A stretch of 63,800 nt of DNA, filler included, from Pirum gemmata (taxonomy: Eukaryota): NCBI GenBank assembly GCA_002812295.1. It is 21 parts of 21 records of this genome, joined end to end, with 100 filler letters (N's around TTAATTAATTAA, not from the genome) between each part and the next. Parts side by side here need not be neighbours in the genome. Positions count along the whole stretch, not along the records: positions 1 to 2,726 come from PDIN01004791.1; positions 2,827 to 6,200 come from PDIN01004792.1; positions 6,301 to 9,033 come from PDIN01004793.1; positions 9,134 to 11,867 come from PDIN01004794.1; 17 more parts are not named here. One strand, given 5' to 3'. Positions 1 through 10,830 of the stretch are shown here, piece after piece. Positions within the stretch are counted from its first letter, which is position 1; each line of letters begins with the position of its first letter. Below the pieces are notes generated by a model. It made no database searches. It was not told the DNA's origin and was given only the letters and a program-made list of their open reading frames with translations. The position numbers and the translations under genes were made by a program.

Positions 1-298
1 TCATTATCATTATCATTATCATTATCATTATCATTATCTTTATAATTATAATTATTATTATTGAAAGAAAAGTAATATATACCATTTCAATTGCAATCGG
101 GAGGCAACCATTAAAGCAACGATTAAAACAAAAAACAAGCAAGAGAAATAACAAAAACAAGCAAGAGAAATACAATAACAACAACCTTAAATCGGTAAAA
201 GATTGTAAAAATATATAGTTTCAAATTTATTTATTTATAAAACAATTATCTCAATAATACATTAAATCATTATAAACAATATTAATTAAATTAACGAT

Positions 299-1354
299 TT
301 ACAAATTCTGGAATATGTTTTCTCCATTTTCTGCTGTAACTTTACAAGTCGAACATACAATATTACCACTTTTTCCCGAAGCACCTGTAAACGCGGTGGC
401 CATTTTCCCGGTGCCATATCCCCATATATATCCAGTTCGTCCACCTTGGTGACCTATTCGTTGACCAGGCATATACAAACTCATGACACTATCAAGCTCA
501 TTTACAGCTGCCATCATACCGTGGTCATTTGTATATACGTATCGAGTGCGACCTGCGTTAGTGAGTTGGTGAAAACCATTAACCAACTGGGCATTTTCAA
601 TACCAGCACTGGAGCCACATAATTCGTGAGTGCATCGGTACCAATTTCCTTCTACATTATTGTGCGATTCAGGTGCCACTTCAGGATTTTCTTTCATACC
701 AGAAATGGTAAATCTTACTGTACCTTTATCTTGCTCCGTTGGAGGAGGTTTAGTATTAGGTGTACTTGGTTCTAATTTACAAGCAGAAGTTTTTTGTAAA
801 GTTAATCCTCCTTTTATGTTTATTAGCTCACAAACTGCTGGAGCAACGATTGTGGGATCCACCGCTCCAACTTTAATAGGCATTAATTTACTAGGATCTT
901 TCTCCAAACCCATAAACACATCAAAATGATCTCCATTTTTACCTAAGGTAAACTTGTCTAGAATAGTAGTGCCTGACGGCAAAACCGATTGAAGATAAGT
1001 ACTATCACAAAGACTGGCACCTTTGTCAAACACAGTAAATTTTTCAGTTTTGTCTTTCATCCAAAAGGTAGTTTGGCACATGTTATCCACCATTTTTTGT
1101 TCCAGTTCTACTTTCATTTCGAACAAACCGTCAATGTTGACTTTGTAAATAGAACCAATTTCTTTTTCAACAGAAATTTTGTCAAAGTTATATTGACTAA
1201 TGTCCAAAATGTTCATGGCGTCATGCATATTTCTATCTATTGCAGCCATTTCAGCCTCCATTGTGGTGTCACGAACAGCTACAGAAAGAGCTTGGTCGTT
1301 AGAAACGAATGCTAAACTAATCATTAGCGTTAATTCCCCAATTGCGAGCTTCAT
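299..1354 (-). CDS. Uncharacterised, probably secreted protein (351 aa, intronless)
   Basis: Long high-complexity ORF in AT-rich DNA; hydrophobic signal-like N-terminus, Pro/Thr linker, Cys/Gly-rich C-terminal part; family not recognised. Confidence 0.8.
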   Translation of the reverse strand: MKLAIGELTLMISLAFVSNDQALSVAVRDTTMEAEMAAIDRNMHDAMNILDISQYNFDKISVEKEIGSIYKVNIDGLFEMKVELEQKMVDNMCQTTFWMKDKTEKFTVFDKGASLCDSTYLQSVLPSGTTILDKFTLGKNGDHFDVFMGLEKDPSKLMPIKVGAVDPTIVAPAVCELINIKGGLTLQKTSACKLEPSTPNTKPPPTEQDKGTVRFTISGMKENPEVAPESHNNVEGNWYRCTHELCGSSAGIENAQLVNGFHQLTNAGRTRYVYTNDHGMMAAVNELDSVMSLYMPGQRIGHQGGRTGYIWGYGTGKMATAFTGASGKSGNIVCSTCKVTAENGENIFQNL

Positions 1355-1436
1355 GATTTTTTTGTTAAGTTTCTGTGTAGTTAACCCGTGTAGTAGAAAA
1401 AGAATAGTAATGATTTATATTAATTACTATTATTAT

Positions 1437-1487
<51 letters not shown>

Positions 1488-1924
1488 TGTAAAGATTATT
1501 ATAAATTATAATTCTTTTTATTAAAATTACTCTAATTTATTCTTATTACTTTTTTATTTTTTTCAATTTTGATTTTTCATCTTCCTTTATACGCGTAAAA
1601 ATAATAATAATTACTTTTACTTTTTTTTTAATATCATATCATATGATTAAAAAAAAAAAATTAAATATTAAAAAAAGATAAACTTGCTGTGAATAATAAA
1701 AATAGTATAAAAATAAAAATATTTCAAAAATTCCTCCGCGAACACTCCACAACTGATAGTATCGATAATAATGAATTGGTAAGGGAGCGCTCAAATAATA
1801 CGTCACGTCAAGGGGTAGGTAGGTATTAATAGGTGGTATTTGACCGGAAATTAACGTCAAGGGGTAGGTAGGTAGGGGGTATTTGAAGCTGTACTTGACC
1901 GTATCGATAATAATGAATTGGTAA

Positions 1925-2070
1925 GGGAGTGTTCAAATAATACGTCACGTCAAGGGGTAGGTAGGTAGGTGATATTTGACCGGAAATTAACGTCAAGGGG
2001 TAGTTAGGTAGGGGGTATTTGAAGCTGTACTTGACCGGAAATTGGTGTTACGTAGTATTTGAACTCTCCC
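1925..2070. mobile_element. MITE family B, PIF/Harbinger-like (~146 bp). Other full or partial copies at ~1783-1900, 2340-2481, 2591-2726 (variant), 9640-9710, 11066-11204, 11623-11738, 20462-20582, 21067-21195, 21350-21453 (variant), 29425-29521, 32815-32942, 61340-61470, 61566-61707
   Basis: TIR GGGAGYGTTCAAATA...TATTTGAACNCTCCC; this copy is flanked by TAA on both sides (3-bp TSD typical of PIF/Harbinger); internal GGTA repeats; >10 dispersed copies on both strands. Confidence 0.85.
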
Positions 2071-2726
2071 TAATCTTATATAATATCATAGTAGAATGTG
2101 CTTTTCAGTTGCTTTGTCATCACAGAATATACAATAAAGAGTACCAAATTAATACAATATAAATCCATTTAATTTAATTTGGTATATTTTATTATATATT
2201 TATTTATTTAAAAAGTATCAATTTAAATATTATAAACAACCAAATAAATATTCGGAGTAACAAAATAAATGAAACTATAAATTTTATATTTGGATAATAA
2301 TAATAATATACCAGTAGCTACTGTCTATTATTAAAGTAAGGGAGCGTTCCAATAATACGTCACGTCAAGGGGTAGGTAGGTAGGTGGTATTTGACCGGAA
2401 ATTAACGTCGAGGGGTAGGTAGGTAGGGGTATTTGAAGCTGTATTTGACAGAATATTGGTTAAGTAGTATTTGAATGCTCACGGATATCGATATGATAAT
2501 ATCATATGATATTATATAGATTTGAAATTTTCGAACATTTTTTAATTTTTATCATATGATAATTAAAAAAAAAAGTCAGTCTTTTGATAAGGGAGTGTTC
2601 AATAATTACGTAACGCTTGGGGGTAGGTAGAGGGGGTCGGATTTTTTGACAGCCCGTGACGCAGTAGGGGGGTAGGTTTTCGTAATATGACATAACGCAA
2701 AAAAAAATATAACATGAGGGGTAATT

Positions 2727-2826
2727 NNNNNNNNNNNNNNNNNNNNNNNNNNNNNNNNNNNNNNNNNNNNTTAATTAATTAANNNNNNNNNNNNNNNNNN
2801 NNNNNNNNNNNNNNNNNNNNNNNNNN
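2727..2826. other. Artificial contig linker N44-TTAATTAATTAA-N44 (first of 20; others start at 6201, 9034, 11868, 14728, 17525, 21196, 24051, 26715, 29574, 34794, 37656, 40465, 43305, 46164, 49023, 51882, 54686, 57505, 60322)
   Basis: Identical 100-bp spacer carrying a six-frame stop 12-mer, recurring about every 2.8 kb. Confidence 0.98.
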
Positions 2827-2861
<35 letters not shown>

Positions 2862-3199
2862 GATTATTTATTTTTTATTTTGAACATGGCCCGATTTCTC
2901 TTTTGTAAGTTATGGACAATGAAAAGGAATGAGGTCTCATTACTAAAGTTTATTGTCACTCTCTATCTTTAATTTGGTACAACTTGTTTGGTACCGTTAA
3001 TTGGAGCCATTTTAGGGAATAATTGAAATTGGTTATAAAATACAACATTAGTTATAAAATACCAAATTAATTAAAACATGTTCGATTACAATAATTTGGT
3101 ACCGTTTATTTCAATTTTTGAACTGAACAAAACTATTTAGAAAAACTTCGAGCTATAATGTTCAGATCGAAAAGCACAATCAATCACAATCAATCACGT

Positions 3200-3413
3200 A
3201 GGAGATACGGGAAAACATAATCGAATCAAACAGCTCGATCCTAATTATTTTAAATAGTGTCAATTTTGAAATGATATTCTTTTTTTTTCGGGTTTCAAGT
3301 TTTTTCTATGAAATTTCTAACAATTTTTTAATGAAATCAAAAGTGAGTCATTACTTTAAATTAGATCGAAAAAATTCAAAAGTTTCGAACTAGTCTCGAT
3401 TCGATGGTTTTAC
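3200..3413. mobile_element. Dispersed repeat family E (GGAGATACGGGAAAACATAATCGAATCAAACAGCTCGATCC...); copies at ~15017-15120, 21555-21780, 33207-33562 (two copies, inverted), 36853-36895
   Basis: Recognisable ~200-bp sequence on five different contigs, in both orientations. Confidence 0.75.
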
Positions 3414-3539
3414 CGAGTATGACGTCATCGACTACCTTCATTCTTTGAACTAACTGATACCGAAGAGAGAGAGAGAGTCGTAAGGGTTCCATTCATATGT
3501 GGAGACTTTTACGCACAAAAATGGTTTGGCGAGATTTTC

Positions 3540-4370
3540 TTGATCGAAATTTTTAGCGAGATTTATGCTCGTGCAGATTTTTGGCTTTTATAGTTCTGAT
3601 ATGATCGAATATTAAATTCATTAGGGTTAGAGTTACAGTTAGTATTAGTATTAGGGTTAGGGTTAAGGTTAAGGTTAGTTAGGGTTAGTATTATTATTAT
3701 TATTATTAGGTTTAAGGCTAGTTAGGGTTAGGGTTAGGGTTAGGGTTAGGGTTTTTGCGATTATTCGAACATTAAAGTATTAAGGGAGGATTGCTCGATC
3801 GAAGCGTGCACCGAGACGTGTTTGATCGAAGTTTTTAGCGAGACTTAAGCTCGTGCAGATTTTTGGCTTTTACAGTTTCGATCTATAAAATTGAATATTA
3901 ACATAGAGACTAAAGTATTGGGCTAGTATGAATGACGTCACAGCCTCGGACATAGGTTACTATAGGTAGAAGAAATGAGAAACCCCTTTTCCTAACTAAA
4001 GTATAGGGCTAGATAGTGTTAGGGTTTGGGTTAGGGTTAGGGTTAGCACGGAGGGGGGTTTAGGTAGAAGAAATGAGAAACCCCTCTTCCCTACTAAAGT
4101 ATAGAGCTAGATAGCACGAAAAAGGGTAACTTTCAAATGCAAAATGTAACCGTAAAAATAAACCGCAAAAATAAGATTACAATGCTAACAACTACCAAGC
4201 GTTAACCCTAACCTAACCCTAACCCTAACCCTAACCTTAACCCTAACCCTAACCCTAGCCCTAGCCCTAGCCCTAACGGTTTAGGTAGAAGAAATGAGAA
4301 ACCCCTCTTTCCTACTAAAGTATAGGGCTAGATATTTATAGGGGTTTAGGTGGAGAAATGAGAAATGAGG
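3540..4370. repeat. Local duplications interleaved with TTAGGG/CCCTAA tracts (~55-bp unit at ~3541 and ~3823; ~52-bp unit at ~3963, 4061, 4282, partial 4347)
   Basis: Direct repeats TGATCGAA...TTTTGGCTTTTA and TAGGTAGAAGAAATGAGAAACCCC...GCTAGATA, separated by telomere-type repeats. Confidence 0.85.
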
Positions 4371-4549
4371 TTAAAAAACATAAAATAAAAATAAAAATAT
4401 ATTATGACGCCATCCGTGCTAGTTCTTTTAGTACTTTAGCTTATATAAATATTAATGATATTAAATTCTTTTTCTTTTTTCGAACTCGAAATGTTCCATT
4501 TTTTTTTAATTGCTCGAGCTCGAATTTTTTTTTTCGATTAATGCGAGAT

Positions 4550-4738
4550 TAGTATTAGTATTAGTATAATTATTATTATGTATATATTATATTAATATTC
4601 ATGTTGGCATTAGTATTAGCATTAGTATTATAGTATTAGTATTATATATAGTATTAGCATTCGTATCATAGTATTATAATTAGTATTAATATTAGTTTTA
4701 GTTTTAGTTTTTAGTATTAATATTAGTATTAGTATTAG

Positions 4739-4770
<32 letters not shown>

Positions 4771-5588
4771 TTATTTATATTACTATTACTATTATAATTA
4801 CTATTGGTATTAAAAATATGATAATGGAATGGTTGAATTGATAAAGGATTTTTAGGGAACTATTAATGCAAAATTAGTATTGGTATCAGTATTATTATTA
4901 TTATTATTATTGTGTTAATATATTAATATTGATATTAGTATTAGTATTAGTATTAATATTAGTATTAGTATTAGTATTAGTATTAGTATTAGTATTATAA
5001 TTAGTATTAGTATCAGTACTATTAATAATATTAGTATATTATAATTAGTATTAGTGTTAGTATTAGTATATTAATAATTAGTTTTAACATTATAACATTA
5101 ATATTAATATTAATATTAGCTATAGTTTTAATTAATATTAGTATTAGTATTAATTAATATTAGTATTAGTATTAGTATTGGTATTAGCTGTAGTATTAAT
5201 ATTAGTATTAGTATCGGTATTAGCTATAGTATTAATATTAATATTAATTTTAGTATTATTATTAATATTAAAATATTACTATTAGTATTAGTATTAGTAT
5301 TAGTATTAGTATTAATATTAGCTATAGTATTAATATTAATATTTAAGTAATATTAGTATTAGTATTAGTACAGTATATTAGTATTAGTACAGTATATTAG
5401 TATTAGTACAGTATATTAGTATTAGTATTAGTATTAGTATTGGTATTAATATTAATATTAGGGTTAGGGTTAATATTAAAATATTAGTATTAATATTATT
5501 ATAGTATATTAGTATTAGTATTAGTATTAGTATTAGTATTAGTATTAGTATTAGTATTAGTATTAGTATTAGTATTAATATTAATTAT
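4550..5588. repeat. (TATTAG)n degenerate microsatellite
   Basis: Visible hexamer array. Confidence 0.9.
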
Positions 5589-5721
5589 NNNNNNNNNNNN
5601 NNNNNNNNNNNNNCTAACCCTAACCCTAACCCTAACCCTAACCCTAACCCTAACCCTAACCCTAACCCTAACCCTAACCCTAACCCTAACCCTAATCCTA
5701 ACCCTAACCCTAACCCTAAAG

Positions 5722-6024
5722 GTTTAAGTATTCATAGAAAACGAGAGTTAGAGGCCTTACCACAATTGAACAAGGCTGTTAGTGAACGTAGTACTGAAGA
5801 ACAACAAGAGTTAATGGATCAAGAATCACAAATTCTAACTAATTTAAAAAGTTTGCCACTAGCCAAAATACAAAGTCTTTGCAGCGAGAAATATAAAATC
5901 CAATATAAAGAAACCGATTCGAAAGCCGGGTTAATAATAAAACTAATGGGCAAACTAAGAGAATTACGCATGGAACAAGAAGAAAAGGCACAACAAGAAC
6001 AAGAAATGCAACAAAGAATCTTAG
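5722..6024 (+). CDS. Internal coding exon (303 nt, phase 1-1) with a SAP/Rho-N-like helix-extension-helix segment and coiled coil; flanked by (CCCTAA)n
   Basis: AG acceptor 5720-5721, GT donor 6025-6026, open frame LSIHRKRELEALPQ...LKSLPLAKIQSLCSEKYKIQYKETDSKAGLIIKLM...QQRIL; domain call is by resemblance only. Confidence 0.7.
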
Positions 6025-6793
6025 GTGAACCCTAACCCTAACCCTAACCCTAACCCTAACCCTAACCCTAACCTTAACTCTAACTCTAACTCTAACCCTA
6101 ACCCTAACCCTAACCCCTAACCCTAACCCTAACCCCCAACCCTAACCCTAATCCCTAACCCTGACCCTAATCCCTAACCCTACTCTTAACTCTACCTTAA
6201 NNNNNNNNNNNNNNNNNNNNNNNNNNNNNNNNNNNNNNNNNNNNTTAATTAATTAANNNNNNNNNNNNNNNNNNNNNNNNNNNNNNNNNNNNNNNNNNNN
6301 TAAATTGACATTTTTAAAAATCAATGCATAGATAATAAAATATACCAAATTAAATTAAATGGATGGATTATTGTATTAATTTGGTACTATTTATTGTATA
6401 TTTTATGATGACAAAAAAACTAAAAAGCATAAATTTTTGCACATAAATAAAAAAGGAAAAATAACATTTAAATTTTTTTTTAAAAAAATATTCATCGAAT
6501 TCATAAATAAAAAAAAAATTATAAATTTCAAATTTACATTATTATATTACTATGATAGGGTAAAAACCCCCAAAAAAAAATCAAAAAAAAAAAGGTCAAA
6601 ATTTTCTGTACAATGTCATTTATAATAAAAAAAAGAGAAAAATTTTAACCGCCCATTAAATTTATAAAATAAAAAAAATTAAACAACCCATTTAATATTT
6701 TAGAATAAAAAAACAGTCAAAATCAATATTTTTATGCCGAAATTAAAAACGAAAAGGACAATAGTACTTTTAATTTATTTAAAATTAAATTAC

Positions 6794-6953
6794 CCATTAA
6801 CCAGTCTAGGTGTGGTTTACAATCGGGATAACCACCGTAAGAGGCTGCATCACATTCATCACCATCAGCAGCCTTAATAATAGTAAGTAGAAATTTAAAC
6901 AAGAATAAGGATAGGAATAAATTCCAATTTGCTTTTAAAAATAAATTAAACAT
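6794..6953 (-). CDS. Short exon of a probable secreted Cys-containing protein (AADGDECDAASYGGYPDCKPHLDWLM)
   Basis: GC-richer coding island ending at a GTAATT donor (6793); 5' boundary uncertain (ATG 6953 or AG acceptor near 6873). Confidence 0.5.
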
Positions 6954-7305
6954 TGTTATTAATTAATAAATAACTTTATATGTTGATTGCGTTAGTTGCG
7001 GGTTTGTTGGTGTAGTTGTTGATGTTGGGTTTGGGTTTGGGCTTTACTTTTGTTTTTTTGTTTGTTTTGTTTTAATTTTGCTTTGTTTTTTTTTGTTTTT
7101 TTTTTTGTTTTTTGTTTTTGTTTTGTTTTGTTTTTGTTTTGTTAATTAATATAATAATGATAAAACAATTACAAAAATGACAAATGGAAAATGGTATGTG
7201 CTTTTTTTATTGTTGTCGTTTTCCTTTTCCTTTGGTATTAAAAAACACATTTTGTGATGCTTCCCTTTTTATTTATACTGTTCTTTTTTGTTTTTTGTTT
7301 TTGTA

Positions 7306-7371
<66 letters not shown>

Positions 7372-7794
7372 ATGAATATTTACAATAATATTATGATATT
7401 ATAAATTTAAAATATTATAATTTTTTTAATAGTCTAGACCCGGGGGTCTATCATCATTAAATTATTTTTAATAATAATAATAATAAACTAATAATGAAAC
7501 CGTATTTAGACTAGTCTATTTATAGATGATATTGTGCTTTTCATTTATTTATTTGGTAGATTATAACCTTTTAATTGACATTTTTAAGTGAATAAATAGC
7601 TAATAAAATAAATAAAATTCATTTTTATATATCATATTTTTTACTACTAAAGACCAGCTTTACTACTAGCTAGCTACTAGAGTACTATTTATGATAGTAT
7701 GATAGGTACTAGGTAGTCTATGATAGCCACTAGATGATAGCCAGTACTTCTAGCTCTAGCTAGTAGCTATCGATAGTAGCGATAGTAGTATAGT

Positions 7795-7975
7795 GTGCTT
7801 TTCAGTTGTTTTGTTATCATAAAATATACAATAAAGAGTACCAAATTAATACCATATAAATCCATTTCATTTAATTTGGTACAGTTTATTATATATTTAT
7901 TCATTTAAAAATGTCAAATTAAATATTATAACCAACCAAATAAATATTCTGAGTGATAATATAAATGAAAAGCAC
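7795..7975. mobile_element. MITE family C (~180 bp, TIR GTGCTTTTCA...TGAAAAGCAC); copies at ~2098-2277, 6301-6430, 7533-7625, 8397-8577, 11245-11371, 22081-22254, 32617-32789, 32968-33151, 35945-36260, 36287-36365, 43488-43670, 43949-44128, 48817-49010, 61736-61890
   Basis: 10-bp TIRs, conserved AT-rich interior with inverted TACCAAATTAA motifs, ~15 copies in both orientations. Confidence 0.88.
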
Positions 7976-8067
7976 AATAGTTTTTTCAAGGCATCGTAGT
8001 TTTTTGAGTGTTTTTTTGTTTTGTTTTTTTTTTGTTTGTTTTTTAGTTTTGTTTTGAGTCAAATTAT

Positions 8068-8189
8068 GGATATAATTTTGATTCCGAATAACAAATAGGT
8101 AGCATGTGTCAATTGGGTAAGTACCCAATTGTCATATCACCCAATCGACATATGCTACCTATTTGTTATTCGGAACCAAAATTATATCC
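8068..8189. repeat. 51-bp-arm inverted repeat (hairpin, 20-nt loop)
   Basis: 8068-8118 is the reverse complement of 8139-8189 with 3 differences. Confidence 0.92.
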
Positions 8190-9390
8190 TTTTTGAACAA
8201 GTTTTTTTGTTCTTGAGTTTTTTTTCATCAGATTTTCCAAGATTTTCACAAAGACCCCACCCCACAGTCACCCCACCTACTTTAGCCAGCTCAAACCGAG
8301 TCAAAGACCCCAAGAAAAAAGGATTTCTGGCCTGATGGAGTCTTTTCAATTAATTCCAGCAACAACTTCCTACTATCATACAATTATATCGATATTATGC
8401 TTTTCATTTATTTTGTCACTCTGAATATTTATTTTGTTGGTTATAATATTAAAATTGATATTTTTAAATAAATAATTAGATTATAAAATATACCAAATTA
8501 AATAAAATGGATTTATATTGTGTTAATTTGGTTGTCTTTATTGTATATTTTATGATGACAAAACAACTGAAAAGCACGATTTATAAATACGTGTTTTGGG
8601 CTGATAGTCTATATATATAGTCTAGTAGCAGATTTTCATTACCAGATTTTCAGATTTTCACTACTAGACCTACTATTATACCGCTACTAGTAGCAAGTAG
8701 GTCCTATTTATAAATGCAGTATCATATTATATCAGATATCATAATATAATATTAATATCTGATAGATAATAGATACCCTAAGTTCCCTAACCCCTGATAG
8801 ATAATAGATATCCGATAGGTCTACCTTATAAAACCCTAACCCTAACTCTAACTCTAACCCTAACCCTAACCCTAACCCTAACTTTAAAACCCTAGCTAGA
8901 GACTAACCCTAAAATGGTCCCTAACCCTAGCTGTAGCCTAACACTAACCCTAACCCTAACCCTAACCTTAAAACCCTATCGGGATAGCAGCGGGATAGCT
9001 AGAGACTAACCCTAACCCTAACCCTAACCCTAANNNNNNNNNNNNNNNNNNNNNNNNNNNNNNNNNNNNNNNNNNNNTTAATTAATTAANNNNNNNNNNN
9101 NNNNNNNNNNNNNNNNNNNNNNNNNNNNNNNNNATAAATAATAATAATAATAATAATAATAATATTAATAATAATAATAAATAAATAAATAATTTAATAA
9201 CAATAATAACAATTTGACGGGTATAATAGCTAGTAAAGTATAATAATAATAATGGAAAGAATTTCAAAGGAAGGGAAAAAAAGAATTCGAAGATGCTATG
9301 AAAAGTTCTATGAAACAACGAGACTGTCACTGAGTGGGGAAAGAGTACAATAGTGGATCAAAGGGTGCTACTACTAGCTATAGTAGTTGT

Positions 9391-9578
9391 CGTCTATTTC
9401 ATAGTAGTTGTCTTCTTAATCTTTAATTTGTACTGTTTAAATATATAATTGAACTTGTTTATGAAATGAAACATTTTAAAAAATTAAATAAAACATGTCT
9501 GATAGTTTAAATATAATAATAATTTGATAAGTTTTATTTCAGTTTTTTTGAACTGGACAACACTGTTGAAAAACACGA
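9391..9578. mobile_element. MITE family D (~190 bp, GTCTATTTCA...TGAAAAACAC), related to family C; copies at ~2950-3145, 11411-11584, 16357-16590, 17024-17185, 21820-22076, 48466-48678, 58545-58686, 61162-61242 (mini), 62125-62265
   Basis: Imperfect TIRs resembling family C ends, shared TTAATTTGGTA internal motifs, ~10 copies. Confidence 0.82.
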
Positions 9579-10649
9579 TATCATTCTGATAATCAAAAGG
9601 AGCTGAGACAGTGAGGAGGCAATGAAACATTTTTAGGTTTTTTCAAATACTACATAACGCCAATTTCCAGTCAAATACAGCTGAAAATACCCTCTACCTA
9701 CCCACCTACCTGAGCATTCAAATAATGTGATAGAAAAGTATAGATAGAAACAACTAGCTAGCTAGACTATAGAATATCTGTAGAATATTATTATGGAAAA
9801 ATAGGATATTTATATAAATTATAATAGAAACATTTCAAACTATTTCAATCTTTTTCTTTTTATTTTTATCTGCGTCATTCCTTATATAGAAAACACTCCA
9901 TTACACGACATGGTTTTTACCAAATAAAGAATAAATGAATTTTTTTTGTGAAAAAATAATAAAGATCAGAGATGTGTCTGTCACACTGTCTGAGTCTGCC
10001 TTCTTTCACTCTTCTTTCTGGTCCGAGTCACTTCCGACTTCTGGTAGACTTATCTTTTTTTATTTTTTTTAGAGTGGTGTGGTTGGAGTCAGCTGGTTGG
10101 AGTGTGGTTTGTTTTTTTTTTTACATTTTTTTCCCCCACATTTTTTGCAGACATTTCAGAGTTCATTTCAGATTTGTTTCAGATTTTATTATCATTTATT
10201 TATGAGGGAGCTATATTTATAACACTGTTGATATAGTGTTGATATTAGAGTAATTTATTTAGTTTGAAAATTATATTATTTAATTTTTAACTTTTTAAAA
10301 CTTATTTTCACTTTCTTTTCGTAAAGTGGAAACATATTTATATGTTTTCAAATCGACATTAACCGTATTCAATGTTATGGAAATTGTTATTTACATTATT
10401 CCAAAACTTAGTAAACTTTATATTATCACAATATTATTATCATGATAACTGTTATCATATTCTGATAGCTGATTATTATTTAATAGCAGCTGATTAGAGA
10501 CCCTTAATTAACCATGCCAGCACANTCTACTATAATTAGATTTACTATTTTAAGTTATTTAACTGCTATTATTAGTAAGAAACACGGAATTAAGGTTGGC
10601 TCGATAAGCATATGTTCGAAAAAAGTTCCAGTAGATATCTCACCCCTAC

Positions 10650-10830
10650 TTATAACAAAATGTGGCGCTGAACCACAATTTAAACACCTAGCTAGTCTAT
10701 CCATTGAATGAAATAATTCCCTAGACAAAAGAAATATGGCATTATCGCTAAGAGTAATATTGAACTATAAGTACCACCTTATTCTCTCATTGTTAAAAAA
10801 AGTGATACAAATTGTAATGTCATAGTATTA
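10650..10830 (-). pseudogene. Decayed fragment resembling the NVRGG-motif GIY-YIG / CCHC zinc-knuckle protein family
   Basis: Minus-strand pieces MTLQFVSLF..GGTYSS and LSDNAIFLLSRELFHSMD[RLA]RCLNCGSAPHFV, with a stop and a frameshift; truncated by a family F MITE; recognised from memory only. Confidence 0.35.
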
